Source of the DNA: Amoebophrya sp. A120 | Taxonomy: Eukaryota > Protista > Dinoflagellata | Length of the DNA: 64,000 bases | Assembly (NCBI GenBank): GCA_905178155.1 | Contig: CAJINV010000005.1 | Coordinates: forward strand, 2,817,804-2,881,803 | Direction: 5' to 3' | Shown: positions 26,304 through 39,308 of the stretch, piece by piece | Numbering within the stretch: the first letter of the stretch is position 1 | Layout of the letters: each line of letters begins with the position of its first letter | Translations under genes and position numbers: made by a program | The notes under the pieces: model-generated | What the model was told of the DNA's origin: nothing | The model's input: only the letters and a program-made list of their open reading frames with translations | Databases searched by the model: none

Positions 26304-28487
26304 TAATGAACAGCCACGGAATTATCGACTATGTTAGGCAGCACTGAGACTAAAACTCAGTACTTCTTTCCATTTCTTCAACCCAGTACTTGCTGTAGAC
26401 TTGTCATCTTTCGGTTCTCGTACACCAATGCGTGCAACAGAATCAGAAGAACGAAATTTGCAGTATAATCCTGAAGATCCAGGCCTCCAGAGGGCTAAGG
26501 CACTGTAGCTGATGCATTCAGTTATATCAAATCCGCCCGGGAACTAATTTGATTTCAAATCAATTTCAAACTAACTTCAAAGATTTTGAATTTTCGGATT
26601 TTTGACCTGTAGTGTGATGTTTGATTTTGACAAAATTAGTCCATGGCATGAGAAGTACTTACCCTACTTTGCGCTGCCGGTTGTCCATTTTCCACAACGC
26701 CGACGATTGTCCACGCTGCTCCCAATGCTGCTTGTTCATCTCCTTTCCCTTCGGCGTGTCGCCCCGTTCTGCGAGCGTTACCGATCTATTGCCCCCTGCT
26801 CTCGCGCTTCACCACAAAAAAACACCGACCTGCTGCTGCTGTGCGCAGTATTGACCTCCGTGAACATCGACTGGAAACGGCGGCCGGCTGCGACTGGCGA
26901 TCGTCCATTCCCCCGCCAGGTGACCTCGACGCGCTTTTTTTTTCTCTACTTCCAGCGCAGGCCACGCAATGAATTTCGATAGAATTTGTTTTTTGAAAAG
27001 ATAAGTTCTAGGACCGCTAAAGGATAAACAGTCTTTTGAGGTTTTGCTCGCTCATCCGAAGAAGAACGGGTAGCAATGTGCTCCTGTACTGTCACGTCAG
27101 ACATAAGGTGGCTGAAAGTAAGTCTGCGCGCAGCTTGATGATGACCAAGCCACGCGTCGAGTCGTAGTGCCATTCATCACCCGTGAGAAACAGCAGCACT
27201 AGAACCAACCTCGAAATAATATAAAAGTTCATTAATTTGCAGGCACGGCTGCTATTTGCATTCTGAATCTCACCACAACATCATAAGACAAATAATCAAG
27301 TTCGAGAAAAGTAGTGTTGCCGTTGCCGAGTAAATTTCTAAATTGCTTTCACGCCCACAAGCACCACCAGGCAAAGAGGCCGGAGCCAGATCATCTGGGG
27401 CCTAGCGAGGCGAGAAAGTGAAACCGTGCGTCCCTGCAGTCCTTGTCGACTGCGTTCCATGATTTCTGCGAGACGGCAGAGAGTCGGCGCTCTCGTGATC
27501 TCGCTATCTGCTGTGCGATTCTGGGACGGGTATAACAAGTGGACTAAGAGAATAGTTCTAAGTAGGACACCACTGGAAGTAGAGCGTAGGTAGGGTTTTA
27601 CAAAAGTCAGCTCGCTGCTCAGGTTGGGGCAAACTGGTGCGTCTCGACATTGCACTTCGTCGCCGTGTAATGAGAAGGTGCCTGCACTATATAATTGAAT
27701 TAGAAAAGCGCGGCGCTGTTGCGCTTTGTGGGTCTCGTCGCCAAATTTAAACGCAGCGACGAGATGGTGTCAATTGCTAATCTGGGCAACAGTTGCGAAA
27801 CAGAAATGAAGAACAGCTTAATTTAGGTGGGGAGCGGAGAATAAACCTAAAGCTCTGAATCAATTAACTAGAAGCCGAAGCTTTTGACTTGCAGCAACAG
27901 CAGTGAATGGCTGTAGTCTTTATCTTTTCATCGAGCGAGAGTAAACATTTGCATTTCTAAAACACGGCCACTGGATATACAAACACTAGCTCGAGTCGGT
28001 CGGCGCAAAAGCATTGCACCCACGCAAAGCTCAGCAAGAGGCTAAGCGGAAAATAGTTCTAATAAATGGCGACGCAGAAAACGGCCGCTAGTATAGTAAG
28101 TTCTCTTGACTCGCTTAGGTCGTTTCTGTGCACCGTGGACTCAGCAAGACTGGGTGGTCTTGTAGAGGTTCAAACAGATATATTTATATACTCTGACTGC
28201 AAGTCCAAGTCACATCGGCAAGCGACAACCACTAACAAACAACGCAAATACAAATAGGCAGATGATTGGCTCTCTTCAATCGAGTCAATCTCAATTCAGT
28301 TTTAGTACTATTATCAAGTTTGTCATGCACATTTTGATAGCTTTTTTAGTTTTTCAAGATAATCATCCATCATACAATTGCGCTACATTTATCGGCATTG
28401 CACAGCTGGCTGCGCAAAACATTTCTACTTCATGATCTTTTCCACAAACCGAATCAACAACATTTCCACTCCACAACCACAGGAGAC

Positions 28488-30849
28488 CTAGGCGTCGTCC
28501 CCCTCCTCCACCAAATCGCTGCCACCCTGCTGGTTGTTTCCGTTTCCACCGTTGTTGGCGGCCGCCGGGGGCGCCCGCTTGATCGCGGCCTCCTTCGCCT
28601 GCAGAAAGATGGCCAAAATCTCCTTGGAGGTGGTCTTCAACCAGGTGCAGTTGCCGTTCAAGGTGTGCACACCGACACCATTCACCGCCCACAACTTCTC
28701 GATCCCCTCGTACTTCTTGTACCACTCCGTGAGGTCCTTCAGGGTTGCGGTGGTGCTCGCTTTGAAGGCGTCGACCTCGGTTTTCGCCGTGGTCAAGAAA
28801 CCCAGCGCCTGCTGCTTCTGCCACATCTGCACCGCAGTTCCGAGGTGCTCCCGGGCGGCAATGTGGTCGTCGTGCGCCAACTGGGTAACCGCGAACGCAA
28901 TGGCGTTTTTCACCTCGGTGATCTGCGCGATAGAAGGCGAGCGGCGCAACAACTTGACGACCTTGGCGTGCGACGAGATGTAGGACCGCTCCAACAAAGC
29001 CGCACCGGAGATGATTTCCATGGTACCCGCCGCGAGGGCGGGGGCGGGGTTCTGCAGGTTTGCGTTCACGACAGCCCTGCAGGCCACGCTGTATTCGTCC
29101 CACTCCGCAGACTGCTTTTCGTTCACCTGCGCACCGAAACCGGGGCAGTTGCTGCGGACGGATTCCAAGTGTTTCGCCCAGTCGATGTTCAACAGGTGGG
29201 CCGCGACGTACTTCTTGTTCAAGGAGAGAAATTTGGTGACAAATAATTTGATCTCCTTGTTCATGTTTTGCAGCGTCTGAAACTGCGCCTCGTTGAGAAG
29301 CGTCTTGGTCTTGTTGATAGCAGCGGTGCGATCGGTTGGGGCCATCAAGATGAAACTCACGATGGGCACAGAGTCGTCCTCGGCCGCGATCGCACTCAGG
29401 ACCTGGGGGATCTCAAAGTCGAAGTCCGTCACCGTCTTCTTCTCCGCCTGCGTCAGGGCGACGTTGGTCAGGACATGCTGCCGCAACAACTTCACCGTCA
29501 AGTCCTTCTCCACCCCCGTTGCAGCGACGGTCACGAGGTCCTCCACAGACTTGTAGAACTTCCCGTAGCATCGAGTGCAAAAATATCGCACCACGAGAAA
29601 TCGCATGACTGCGCATCACTCTTTTGTTCCAGCATGACAGATCTTGCGTTTTCTTCCGAGAGAATTTGTCATGCGATTTCCGTTAGTGCGATAATTTTGC
29701 AATGCTTATGTTGGTGGATTCTGGCTTGTTTTGGGGATTTTGCTGCCAGGTCTTGATTCTGTCCTTCACCTCCGGCATGGAGTTCTGCGTCAACAACTCG
29801 TAGTGCTTGCCGATGTTGTCCTTGATGTATTTGCGGGTGCTGATCCTGTGATTTATTTTTTCATTATTTTCGAGTTGGGAGGCGTATTGCTATCTTGCGC
29901 GAAGCGCGTATCGAAATCAGGTCCCATAGGCCACAGGTTGCAACACAATTCGCACAGTGCGAAAAGCAAAGCGCTGCACAACACTGAACCGAATCCACCA
30001 TAATATACGTCATGCAAAAATTTTATCAGGTTCAGGGCGGCCCAAGCTGCAAGATAATCCCATCTATAATCAGGTCGGCGTCGTATCTCGCCAGACAACA
30101 CACACAAGAAAATATGTAAAATACCAGGCCACGACTTTGTCGATCTTGTCGAACGCCGGCGGCTTGTTTTTTTCTTCCTGCTCGAGGTCCTTGTTTCCCG
30201 CCACGGCTTTGTCGTCCTTTTTGGAAACGTCCGCAATTTTCAACTTCCCCTTCCCCCGGTTTTCCATCTCGTACTTCTGGTTGGGCTTGCACAAGTTGAT
30301 CATGCTGGCCACCAAGGTTTTGGTCAGCCGGACCCGCATCTCCGGGAGGGGAAAGCCGAGGTTGGGCTGGTTGAAGGACTGCTCGACGTTTCTCAGCGCC
30401 GCATAGGAGGTGGTCTTTTCGATCAACTCCTCGCCCTTCTTGACCACGTCTTCCGCCTGCTGCTTCGTCCAGGTCGCCGCCTCATCCCGTTTCAGTTTGA
30501 AAAACCCCGTGTTCCACGAGCCGACATCATCGCGGGTTGCCAAGAAGACCGCTTTGTCCTTCGCCACATCGTTGTTTTCCGGATCGTCCGCCGCCTTCAT
30601 CGCGTCCAATAATTCCCGCGCAGTATTCCGCTGGTCCTTGAAGTCGCGCTTGATGTTCTGCGTGTTGTAATTGCGGCCGCGCACGAAGTCCTCCGCGGCG
30701 TCTCGGACGTTGGGGTCGTCCATGTTAACCGCGGGGAAGGTCCGCTGAAATTTCTCAATCTCCGTTAGGGTTAAGCGGCGCTTCTTCGATTCCGGCTCCG
30801 CCATCTGCTTGGCCATGAACTTCATGGCCCTCTTGTTTGACTCGCTCAT
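28488..30849 (-). CDS. Unknown ~650-aa mostly helical protein carried by the 12.3-kb element
   Basis: Approximate exons: 30849-30125, 29845-29709, 29563-28488. The joins VVAW|ISTRK and PEST(N/Y)|GKFYK are in frame. No recognisable domain. Confidence 0.75.
29569..29708. mobile_element. Degenerate family B-like introner
   Basis: IR tgcaaaaatatcgcac...gtgcgataattttgca; DR cgtag/tgttg; removal is in frame. Confidence 0.75.
29846..30124 (-). other. GT-AG intron
   Basis: tg|GTATTTT...CACAG|g restores the Trp codon and the frame. Confidence 0.75.
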
Positions 30850-32498
30850 TCTTGAAGCCGGGTCGGTGACAGGAACAAAAGCTGAAGAGAGAAGGAGAAG
30901 TAGTTGCGGCAACGTCAGTAGCTGTTGATCTGCTGTCGTGTCGACGAAAAAGTTGCAGTCGCAGCGTGCTCTCGTCTTCTGCGGCGGTGCGAAAGGTGCA
31001 ACGCCTTGGAGATCAAGCCTGCCGGGACAGAAACGCTTGACAGAAGGCCGTGGGGGTGGTCTAGTTTTGTTCTATAGTTTCAAAGCCAGGTGCTTCGGTG
31101 CGTGCGGTGGTCAGAATACACTGACGGCGCGCGAGCTCTTATCACTGAAACCACTAATACAATGAATGCAAAACACCAGCCAAGTGAACCCTTTATGAGT
31201 CACAGCTTTGCTGTCGCAATTTGCAGGCTACATCGATATGACACCTGATGCGATTTTTGCGTTTCTTCTTTTGCAGAATTCGACCGGCGATCGAACTTTC
31301 CGAAAACGAATCAAGGGCGCCAAATTTGTGTTGCGGGAGCAACTCCTTTCCCTCGCTCTGTAGTCCGTGAGGCCTTTTTTCGTTTCCCTCAAATAGCTTA
31401 GAACTCGAAGTAAACTCAACACTACCGAGCTGCTGGTGCTGCGCTGCGTACTAAAGAGCCTTCGCAACTCACAAACTTCGTGCTTTGGTGGGGGCGAACC
31501 TCTAGTATGCTTGCCGGGACCTGAAATAAAAAAGGAAAACCAACACCCCAGGGGGTCTAGGTGTTGCAACAAAGCTCCTCCCTCGAACCCTCGAAACGCA
31601 ATGTCGTTGTAGACGACACGGAAAGCTTGGCGGACGCAGAAAAAACAGGCCGACGTGAAAAAACAAAAACCGAGCACAACCAACGTTGCGCGAGCGCATC
31701 GCCACAACATGGAGTCAGGGTGGCGCCCCTCAAGCAGCTGTCTTTTAGTGGGTTTCTAACTAAGCGTAAGCGGGGCCGCTGCGTCGTCAGGAGCAGGGCC
31801 AAAAAAAAAAGACCGATGGAAAAGGCACGAGCCCAGGAGAGCGAGCAGCCCCCGGCGTCGCACCACGCAGTAGGCACTTTGTAGCGCCGAGGCAGGGCGA
31901 AAAGGCACAGGGCGCGCCACCTTTTCGTGACCTAATACGGGGCGAATTTTGGCACTTTGCCTGTTCCACCGCCCTAGCGGCGACGCAAGGTCCCCGACAA
32001 TCTTGCCGTAGAACGCTGCCGCTGGGCCGGCTGGGGGCGACGCGCTTTTGCCCGAAACACGACCTAGAAAGCTACTTTGCTGTTATGGGGATGGGAGAAA
32101 GCGACAAAAATGTCGCCGCTGTTACTGCATCAAGAGACGCAGTGCCGCCGTAAACGGCCGGCATCTAAGGTGCGGGGAGGCCGCTACTCTTCACCCAAAG
32201 AAGAAAACTTTTGAACCCATCTACTGGGGGCGCCTGCTTTTCTGAAACCCAGAACCCCGACCACCGCAAGCAGGCACCCCCCTGCCCTCAAGAGACTCCA
32301 GAGCCCCCAAAACCGGCAGGCCCGGCATCTAGAATGTGCGCTGCGATCCGTAGCGGCCCGAAGCATACGCAGCAGGCGCTCGAGCCGTCTGCGCCAGCCC
32401 AACAAAAATTATCGCGGCCGGCGCGAAGCGCCGGCCCCACCAAAAAATACAGGTCCCGGACGTGCCGCGATCCGACGGTTGAAATTGGGCGGGCCAAA

Positions 32499-32615
32499 GC
32501 AATCCACCGTTTGAAGTTGGTTCGAAAAAGGCAATCCGGCGTTTGAAGTTGGTCCAAAACTGGCAATCCGCCGTTTGAAGTTGGTCCAAAAGTGGCAATC
32601 CGGCGTTTGAAATGG
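32499..32615 (+). repeat. 32-bp tandem repeat (~3.6 copies)
   Basis: Unit gcaatccg(g/c)cgtttgaagttggtccaaaa(c/g)tg. Confidence 0.85.
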
Positions 32616-32933
32616 ATTCAGTCCAAAAGCAGTCCAAATAAGTCTGAACCAAGATTCTAAGTAGGCGGATTTTTTTGGACTGCTTTTGGACTCTTTTTGA
32701 CTTTTTTGGATTTTCCACGGATTGCTTCGATTCAGCTCAGAAAAAAATACACAAGTTCCAAACCTCCGTCTATCGAAAGAAGGACAAATTTGCTTCGTTA
32801 GCTCATTGGCAAGCACACAGTCAGTGAGGGAACGAAGCAACTCCGTCTGTAGTGCGAAGCTGATAGCTAAACCCTGAAGGCGACAGTTCCGCTACCGCTG
32901 CTTGCCAACCTACAAATCACAAAACTACTAGCA

Positions 32934-35900
32934 CTACACCAGCGGGCTCAAGAACTGGAGCTCGGCCTCCGGAATTTCGCAATACGATAAAACGTCCGCC
33001 CGCTGCACCTTGTCTAGCTCCTGCTGGGTAATGGTTTCCACCGTGGCGAGCAACTCCTTCACCATTTCGCCGTATTGGGTTTTGAGTGTCTTCTGCGCTT
33101 CTGCGCTGGCTTTGTAGCTGCTGTTGAGGCGGATGCGGGTGCTGCGCTGGATGATGAAGCTCTGCATCCAACACCAGCCGAGGAGCAAACAGGTGCACCA
33201 CATCATATCCTTCAAGTTATCGCGGGTGTAGCCCAGCCGCCGAACTCCTCCCTTCACCGCTTGGAAAGATCGAAAAGCATTCAAACCCGCGACAGCAGTA
33301 TAGAGTTTTTTGGTACGCCCCTGCGCCGTGCATGTAAGGGACATGCTTAGGTTGTTTTTCGCAGTGTGGACGGACGTACCGTCGGCAATTTTCCACTCCC
33401 CCGCCGGCAAACACCCCTCCACCCAACTTTCTGCGTCTTCGGATATCTTGTTCCGCTTTCGCACCAGTTCTCGTGCCTGCTTATCGGTCAGGACAAGGTA
33501 GTTGCTTCCAACGGATGCGGCGGGGTCGTCCGCTCTGCTGGATTCGTTTGTGGCGGCGAAGGTGCTCTTCGCCTCGCCCTTTGCCCCTTCTTTCCGGAAA
33601 GCAGGATGCGTTCGGCTTCCGGCATTCGCAATGCCGTCTTTCTTCTGTTTTTTCGATCCACCGTCGGCCCACCGCTCGTTTCCAAGTAAAGGTCGGGAAC
33701 TCGCACTCGAGGACGACGCACTACTGCTGCTGCCGGCTACTGTATCCGCACCCCGCTTGTTGTTCGCGGCCACACCTTCAAAGGCGGCATTGTTCCACGC
33801 CCGCATTCCTGCTGCCCCATGCGTTTTGCTTTGGACATTGAGCCCTCTGACGCCGTTCGCCACCTTCGATAGGGTCGCGGGGGCATCGCCTTCAACCCCC
33901 CGGAGCTCCCGCAGCAGCTCCTGTAGGTGCTCGTCTGCGCCGCTCTTGCTGTCTTGCTTTGGCCGCGGGTTCACTTCCACCTTCTTCTGTTCCTGGAGCT
34001 GCACCTTTTTCGAGGGATCAAAAATCTCGCCGGCGATGGTCCAAAGTCCGGCCGGCTCCAATCTCGCCGACTTGATGCAGTACTTGGTCTTCGCGTGTTT
34101 GCTCCTGAAGTCGAAATCGCTAAAAAAATAGCGGTCGCCCGGTCTGCCCGGCGCCGGCTTGAAGGAGTTTTTGTTTTTCCCCTGCGTCAAGCGGACTAGT
34201 CGCCGCGCTGTAAATTTTTTCGGCTTCCGCAAAACCCACACGACCAGAAGCGCCTCCTCGGAGCCGTCGGAGTTTGTGAAGACGATGAGCAGGTGCGTCC
34301 CGGTTCCCATTTGGATCTGCAGGTCGTCCCAATCGTAGTCAAAGTTTGCAGCCTGCTGCGCCTGCTGCCCGTCGCCAGCCTGCCCTTCGTCGTCCGGGGT
34401 TTCTTTTGCCGCCTTCTTCGCAGCCGGCTTGTGCAAACTGGTAACCCTGGCCAGGTCCACCGCGGTTCGCACCAGGTCATTGGGCGGCTTCCGCCACATT
34501 TCCACGGCGTTGAGGGAGAATTGCTGTGCCCGCGGCATAAACAGCCGCTCTTTCACCGCAGCTGCCCGCTCCTTGCACGTGCCGTCCTGCCACTGTGTCC
34601 GCACCGCAGCCTTGACGCGGTCGTAGAATTGCAACTCCTCCCCCAGTACTATTTTTCTTGCGTGGTTGCGGTCCGCGTTTTGAAAAAAATGCTCCTTGCG
34701 CTCGTCTTTCCAGGCTGCGAACCCTTCCTTTGCGGCCTTGTTGTGCTCCGCCGCCTCCACGACGTAGACCTCCCAGGCGTCGGCGCCGAGCGTTTCGGGG
34801 TTGGCGCTCTTGTTGGCCTCTGCTATGGGCATCGGCGGCTGGTCCCCGAAACCTGTCATGAGATCTGCGCGCGCAAATTCCTGCGGAATTTTTACGCGGC
34901 ACCGGGCTAACTCCCAGCCACACCGCTCGAAGGAATCAATTTCGTCCAACTCCGTCAGCCTCTCTTCGGTTTGCCGCGCCAATGTGCGCCCGACGTTCTC
35001 CGCGTCCAGCGCATCTACCCCCTTCGGGTTTCGGGAATCCTGCATGCGCTGCAGTGTGGCGTGCTTGCGTTCCACCGGCATCGTGGTCTTCGAAATTTGC
35101 TCTGCTGCGTCCGCCACCTCATTCATAAAATCCACGGCGCTACTGAAGGGAAGGACCTGCGGCCGCACGCTCGCCTCGTTGGCGTGGTAAAGTTTGCAGA
35201 TTTCCTGGAGCTGGACGAGGGCGATGGAGGCGGGGTTGTCGGTCTCAAGCTTCTGCGGGTACTTTGCAAATTGCTTCAAGTAGGCACCGCGCTCGTTTTC
35301 CGGCAGTTTGCCATACCCACGGAGAAACTGGAAGTGCTTGTGGAAGGGAGTCTTGACAACACGGCTGTAAAAAGCGGCACCCAAAACCTGCAACGACTGT
35401 CGCCCGGCGGCGCTGTAGCGTTGTATCATGTCCGCCGAGATTTTTGGCTCCACCATTTTCAACAAAACCCCCAACGTGTCCACGTGCAAAAGCTCCTCCG
35501 CGGCGTCCAGGTCTGCGTAGAACCGGTCGTGGCAGGCTTCGTCGCCACAGGAGGCGTTTTCGATCTTTGCCACATGCCCCTCGTAGTGCTCGATAGCTCG
35601 ACAAAGGACGCAGACCACAACCATCGACCCCGCAACCTCTACACCAGCCCACTCACTTCCGGATCAATACGCTGCAAAAGGATCGCACTTGTCCTTGTGG
35701 CAACTGCGCTTGCATTACAGATTCAAATTATTTTCGCAGAAACATACAGGAAATTCAAACTTGTCATGCTGATTCAACGTACACGTAGGAGAGGCGGGGA
35801 GATTTCAATCTGTCATGCATGATTTCCACTCCGTCCGATGAGTATGAATATGCATTGCGACGCGCGCGACCCTTTTGCAAACGATAAGACAAGTGCAGCG

Positions 35901-38014
35901 ACGACTTGACCAGGCACCCGAGCATCTCCGCCACCACAACCCGCTCCATGTCGGACCCCGCGCGAATCCACCTACTGAAACTTGGGGGCCTGATTCCCCT
36001 TGTCGCGGTCGCCAGAATCCCCATCGCCATCGCCTTCACCTTCTCACTCCCGCCCCAGCTGCTAAGCTCCTCGTCCGAGACGACAACAGCAAGACTCTTA
36101 CTCCCATCGATGCTGATTTTGTTGAGGAGGAGGTCCGACAACGAGCGGTCTTTTTCTGTTCCCGAATCTGCAACCCGTGCTGCGCCGTAAACACCTCCGG
36201 CGAGAAATTTCCGCAGCGCCGCTGTTTGCGGCGTCATGCTGCTACCGGGTAGCTCGGGCGGTTTGACAAGCGAGAAGCGCGATGGCCCGGCCGGAACCTT
36301 CACCCGCTTCGGAAACTCCTGCCCCATGTTCGACTGGATGGCGAGCTGGTGCTTCCCGATGAGTTTCCCGGTAACAAAAACCTTCTTTTCCCACTTCTCC
36401 GTGTCGATGTTGCAGCGCAAAAGGAAAAGGGTCGCAGCCTCTTCCAGGGCTGTACCGCACTCGTGTTCCTCGCAATGGCTCGGCAAATGCACCAAGTGAT
36501 GGGCGGAGCCGCTTCTGACGAATTCCTTTGGTGCGGCAGCTGCGTGTTTGGCCTGGCACATCAGCCCGGTCGCCTGGTGCGTCAAATTCATGTCCGGCCC
36601 GCGCAAATATGGATGGAAAAATAGCACAGCATGCTGGGAAACCACACCTCTTCGATTGTTTAGAGCGTACTCATGCCAAAATGGCGTGGGCTTACTGATA
36701 CTATCGCTCTTTTTGCTTGGTACAACAACAACGACAACACAACTCCAGATAGGACCCTGGCGCGACGGGAGCGTAGCGCATGTAAAGCATCGCGCCACTA
36801 ATCATCTTTACATAAGTCATATAATCAAGCATCACAAGCTGGGCACTTTCTTCTCCCTTTCCCTTTTTTGGAAAAAAAACGGAATTTGTCATGCGTTATG
36901 GCATGATGAGTGGGCACCATTCCACTCACCTGGTTCCCTTTTTTTACCTTAGATCTGAAGACGAAGAAGCTTGTCACGCAAGCACTGTAGCATGAGCGGG
37001 TAGTGGTTCTAATTGATTCCGCTTCTCTAGGATCGCGCCAGAATCAATACGCATGACAAAATCGAGGAGGCATCTTGTTCCAGCATGCTGCTTGAAAGAA
37101 GTGTGTTCGGATAAATCGCTCGACGTGTTGAGCACGAGAAGGGGGGGAAACTTTTCGGCATGCGACAAGACGTTCTTCAAATCCCGCACGACGGTGTCCG
37201 CTACCCGTTGGGACGGTATGCGATTGTCCTGCAGGAGAGTCGCGATCTGCTTATCCTCATTCTTCAGGAGACCCTCCTGAACCACTTTCGAAGGCTGGAG
37301 GATTGTTGACGACGGCAGCGTGACCGTCTTCCAAGTCTGGCCCGCCTTCCAGGACAGGGTTACTATTGTGACGAAGAATTTTGCAGCGCGGTCGATGATC
37401 GTCAGCTTATTCGCGCCGACAGCTTTGCCAAGGCTGTCGACGCCCAATCTCGCCCCACACGGCGTCGCGTCGGACATGTGCGTCAACACCGCCGACCTGT
37501 TTCCACCACTGCTGATTATTTTCCCTGCTTCTCGTTCACCTGCTTTTTTTGCAAACAGGGCAGCCCGCTCCCATTGGACGTCGACGCGTGCCTCCCCGCT
37601 GAAGAACGGCTCCACCGTTCGATCTCGCGTCGCATCGGGAGGAAGATCGACCTCCATGTCGGCGACACCCCCGGGCGAGTCCGAGGTCGCTGTCCGCTCC
37701 GACATGGTCTGGTTGCTGCCCGACTGAAAAAACTCTCCTCCCCCAATAGCTGCACCGCCGGTATCGCTTGCCGCAGAAAACTCGTGCTGATCACCCCAGT
37801 CCAGCAGCAACGCTGCATCGCCCCCGCCGGTGGACACGTTTGAAAAGACATCATCGACGCCGCCAGAGGTCCCAGGCACAGCTCCCGACCAGGTAGAAGA
37901 TGCTGAAGGCGAGGCGGAAATATTGTTGTTCCAATTTGTTGACGCATCTCCAAGTTCGTCGAACGCAAAAAAGTCGCCCTGCAGCTCTGCAAGCTGTGCA
38001 GCCGCTTCGCTCAT
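32934..38014 (-). CDS. Putative hAT-like DDE transposase, ~1,450 aa, two non-canonical introns
   Basis: Approximate exons: 38014-37114, 36602-35887, 35660-32934, in frame with no internal stops. Ordered motifs: VLTHMSDATP, LVLNTSSD-x-GPD, HCEEHEC (CxxH), SFSRW, TTMPVERKHA. Lies within TIRs and a TSD. Confidence 0.72.
35666..35886. mobile_element. Degenerate family B-like introner in the transposase gene
   Basis: IR tgcaaaaggatcgc...gcgacccttttgca. Removing the element plus 5 nt joins SLHLS|GSEWAG in frame. DR is decayed. Confidence 0.7.
36608..37113. mobile_element. Degenerate introner (tat...ata) containing a nested 234-bp insert
   Basis: cagcatgctg lies near both ends. Insert 36798-37031 is flanked by atcgcgcca twice; without it the intron is 263 bp, the size of family A. 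Removal plus 5 nt gives SSD-C-GPDMN in frame. Confidence 0.62.
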
Positions 38015-39308
38015 GTTGTTTACCGGTCGTCGCCACTATCGAAAAGAACTAGCACGTAACAGCGGAAACCTGTGGCGTGGAGGAGGAGTACACACACACG
38101 AAGGCTGCAGACGGCGCTAGTACGTGCATACGAGCCTATGCGAAAACGAGTTCTTTTGTTTTGCGAGTCCGAGTTCAAACTTTGCCGACCAAATTTGCGA
38201 TCCTCTCCTGTGCGTGCTTTGTTTTTGTATCGATTGCGACACTTCGCTCAGGCCAATTTGTAAAATGTCTCGACTCCGACGAGAGAGCGCGACTACTAAT
38301 CAGCTCGACTAGTACTTCTGCTTAACAGCATTCGCTGCATCATACCAGGCAACTCTTTTCAAACTGGAACCACTTTCGGAGTACGTGCCAAACCGTGGGC
38401 TTTGTTGCTCCCTGTCAATGCCGGAAGCGGAACTGAATACAAACACTTGCTTCCGCTGCATAAAAACAAGCGCAGCAAGATCATGCAAAGCAGCTACACA
38501 GAATCGGAGGCAAGACTTCTGAGTTCGCATATCATATCGGAGCCATGCCATGCATACAGTTCAGGTTTTTTTTTCTTTCTGCATCCTCTCCGGAGGGTCG
38601 TTCCGGCTTCGAAAAAGCCGAAACTAGCCTACCGGCAGAACTTGTCCATCCAGTGATACAGGCTAGAGCTGCAGCACCACTTCATCCGACCGCGCGCAAC
38701 GTCCTTCTGCTCCCATGAAGTCGAATTTTTCAATTTTCAAAATCTTTGAAGTTAGTTTGAAATTGATTTGAATTGATTTTTAGGCCGGGCTCGTTTGCGT
38801 TAACATTCAGGATCAGGACCGGAAGCAGCAGAAAATCATCAGATACAACTCCCTGCTGTTCATCCGCATCATGTAGCGTTCTTCCTAAGGTTTTTTTCGC
38901 AGGTAGAGTGCCACCCAACGAGAGTGAGTATTGGCCCTGAGCTCTTGCAGTCCCAGCAGGGGCCCCGGGACTAACACACTAAAAAGAAGTACCCGCATTG
39001 TTCGTTCTTGTTAAAGTAAGAAGTGAAGACACTTGACCTTGAGACTCAGAAATCTAGTGCCTCCGTGAAGGTGCTGTTGGCCGCCTCGTACTTGCGGGAA
39101 GCCAACAGTTTTCATGGATCTCACTGCATGAAAGTGAAACTGAAAGTTCGATTCGACGCGCATAGCTGTTTTCCACCTGTTGCTACATGTATCACGCATA
39201 CTGCTCTAAACCTAATCGTGACTTCCCCGACTACACCAACTTTCTTACTTCAACATCACCCATGAAAAATATTGAACAACATCGAAAAACACAATTGCCA
39301 ATGCGAGT

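Larger units (their letters stand above)
26522..38803 (-). mobile_element. 12.3-kb putatively autonomous TIR DNA transposon (hAT-like), two genes
   Basis: CATTCAG at 26515-21 and 38804-10. ~69-bp imperfect TIRs with a perfect 37-bp core (26554-26590 / 38736-38772). Encodes a DDE-type protein. Confidence 0.85.

Noticed and set aside
36701-36892. Small exon MLYMRYAP...CCRCCC joined via the 9-bp repeat atcgcgcca
   Set aside because: It ends in a stop. Treating 36608-37113 as one intron with a nested insert gives an in-frame join and a better catalytic motif.
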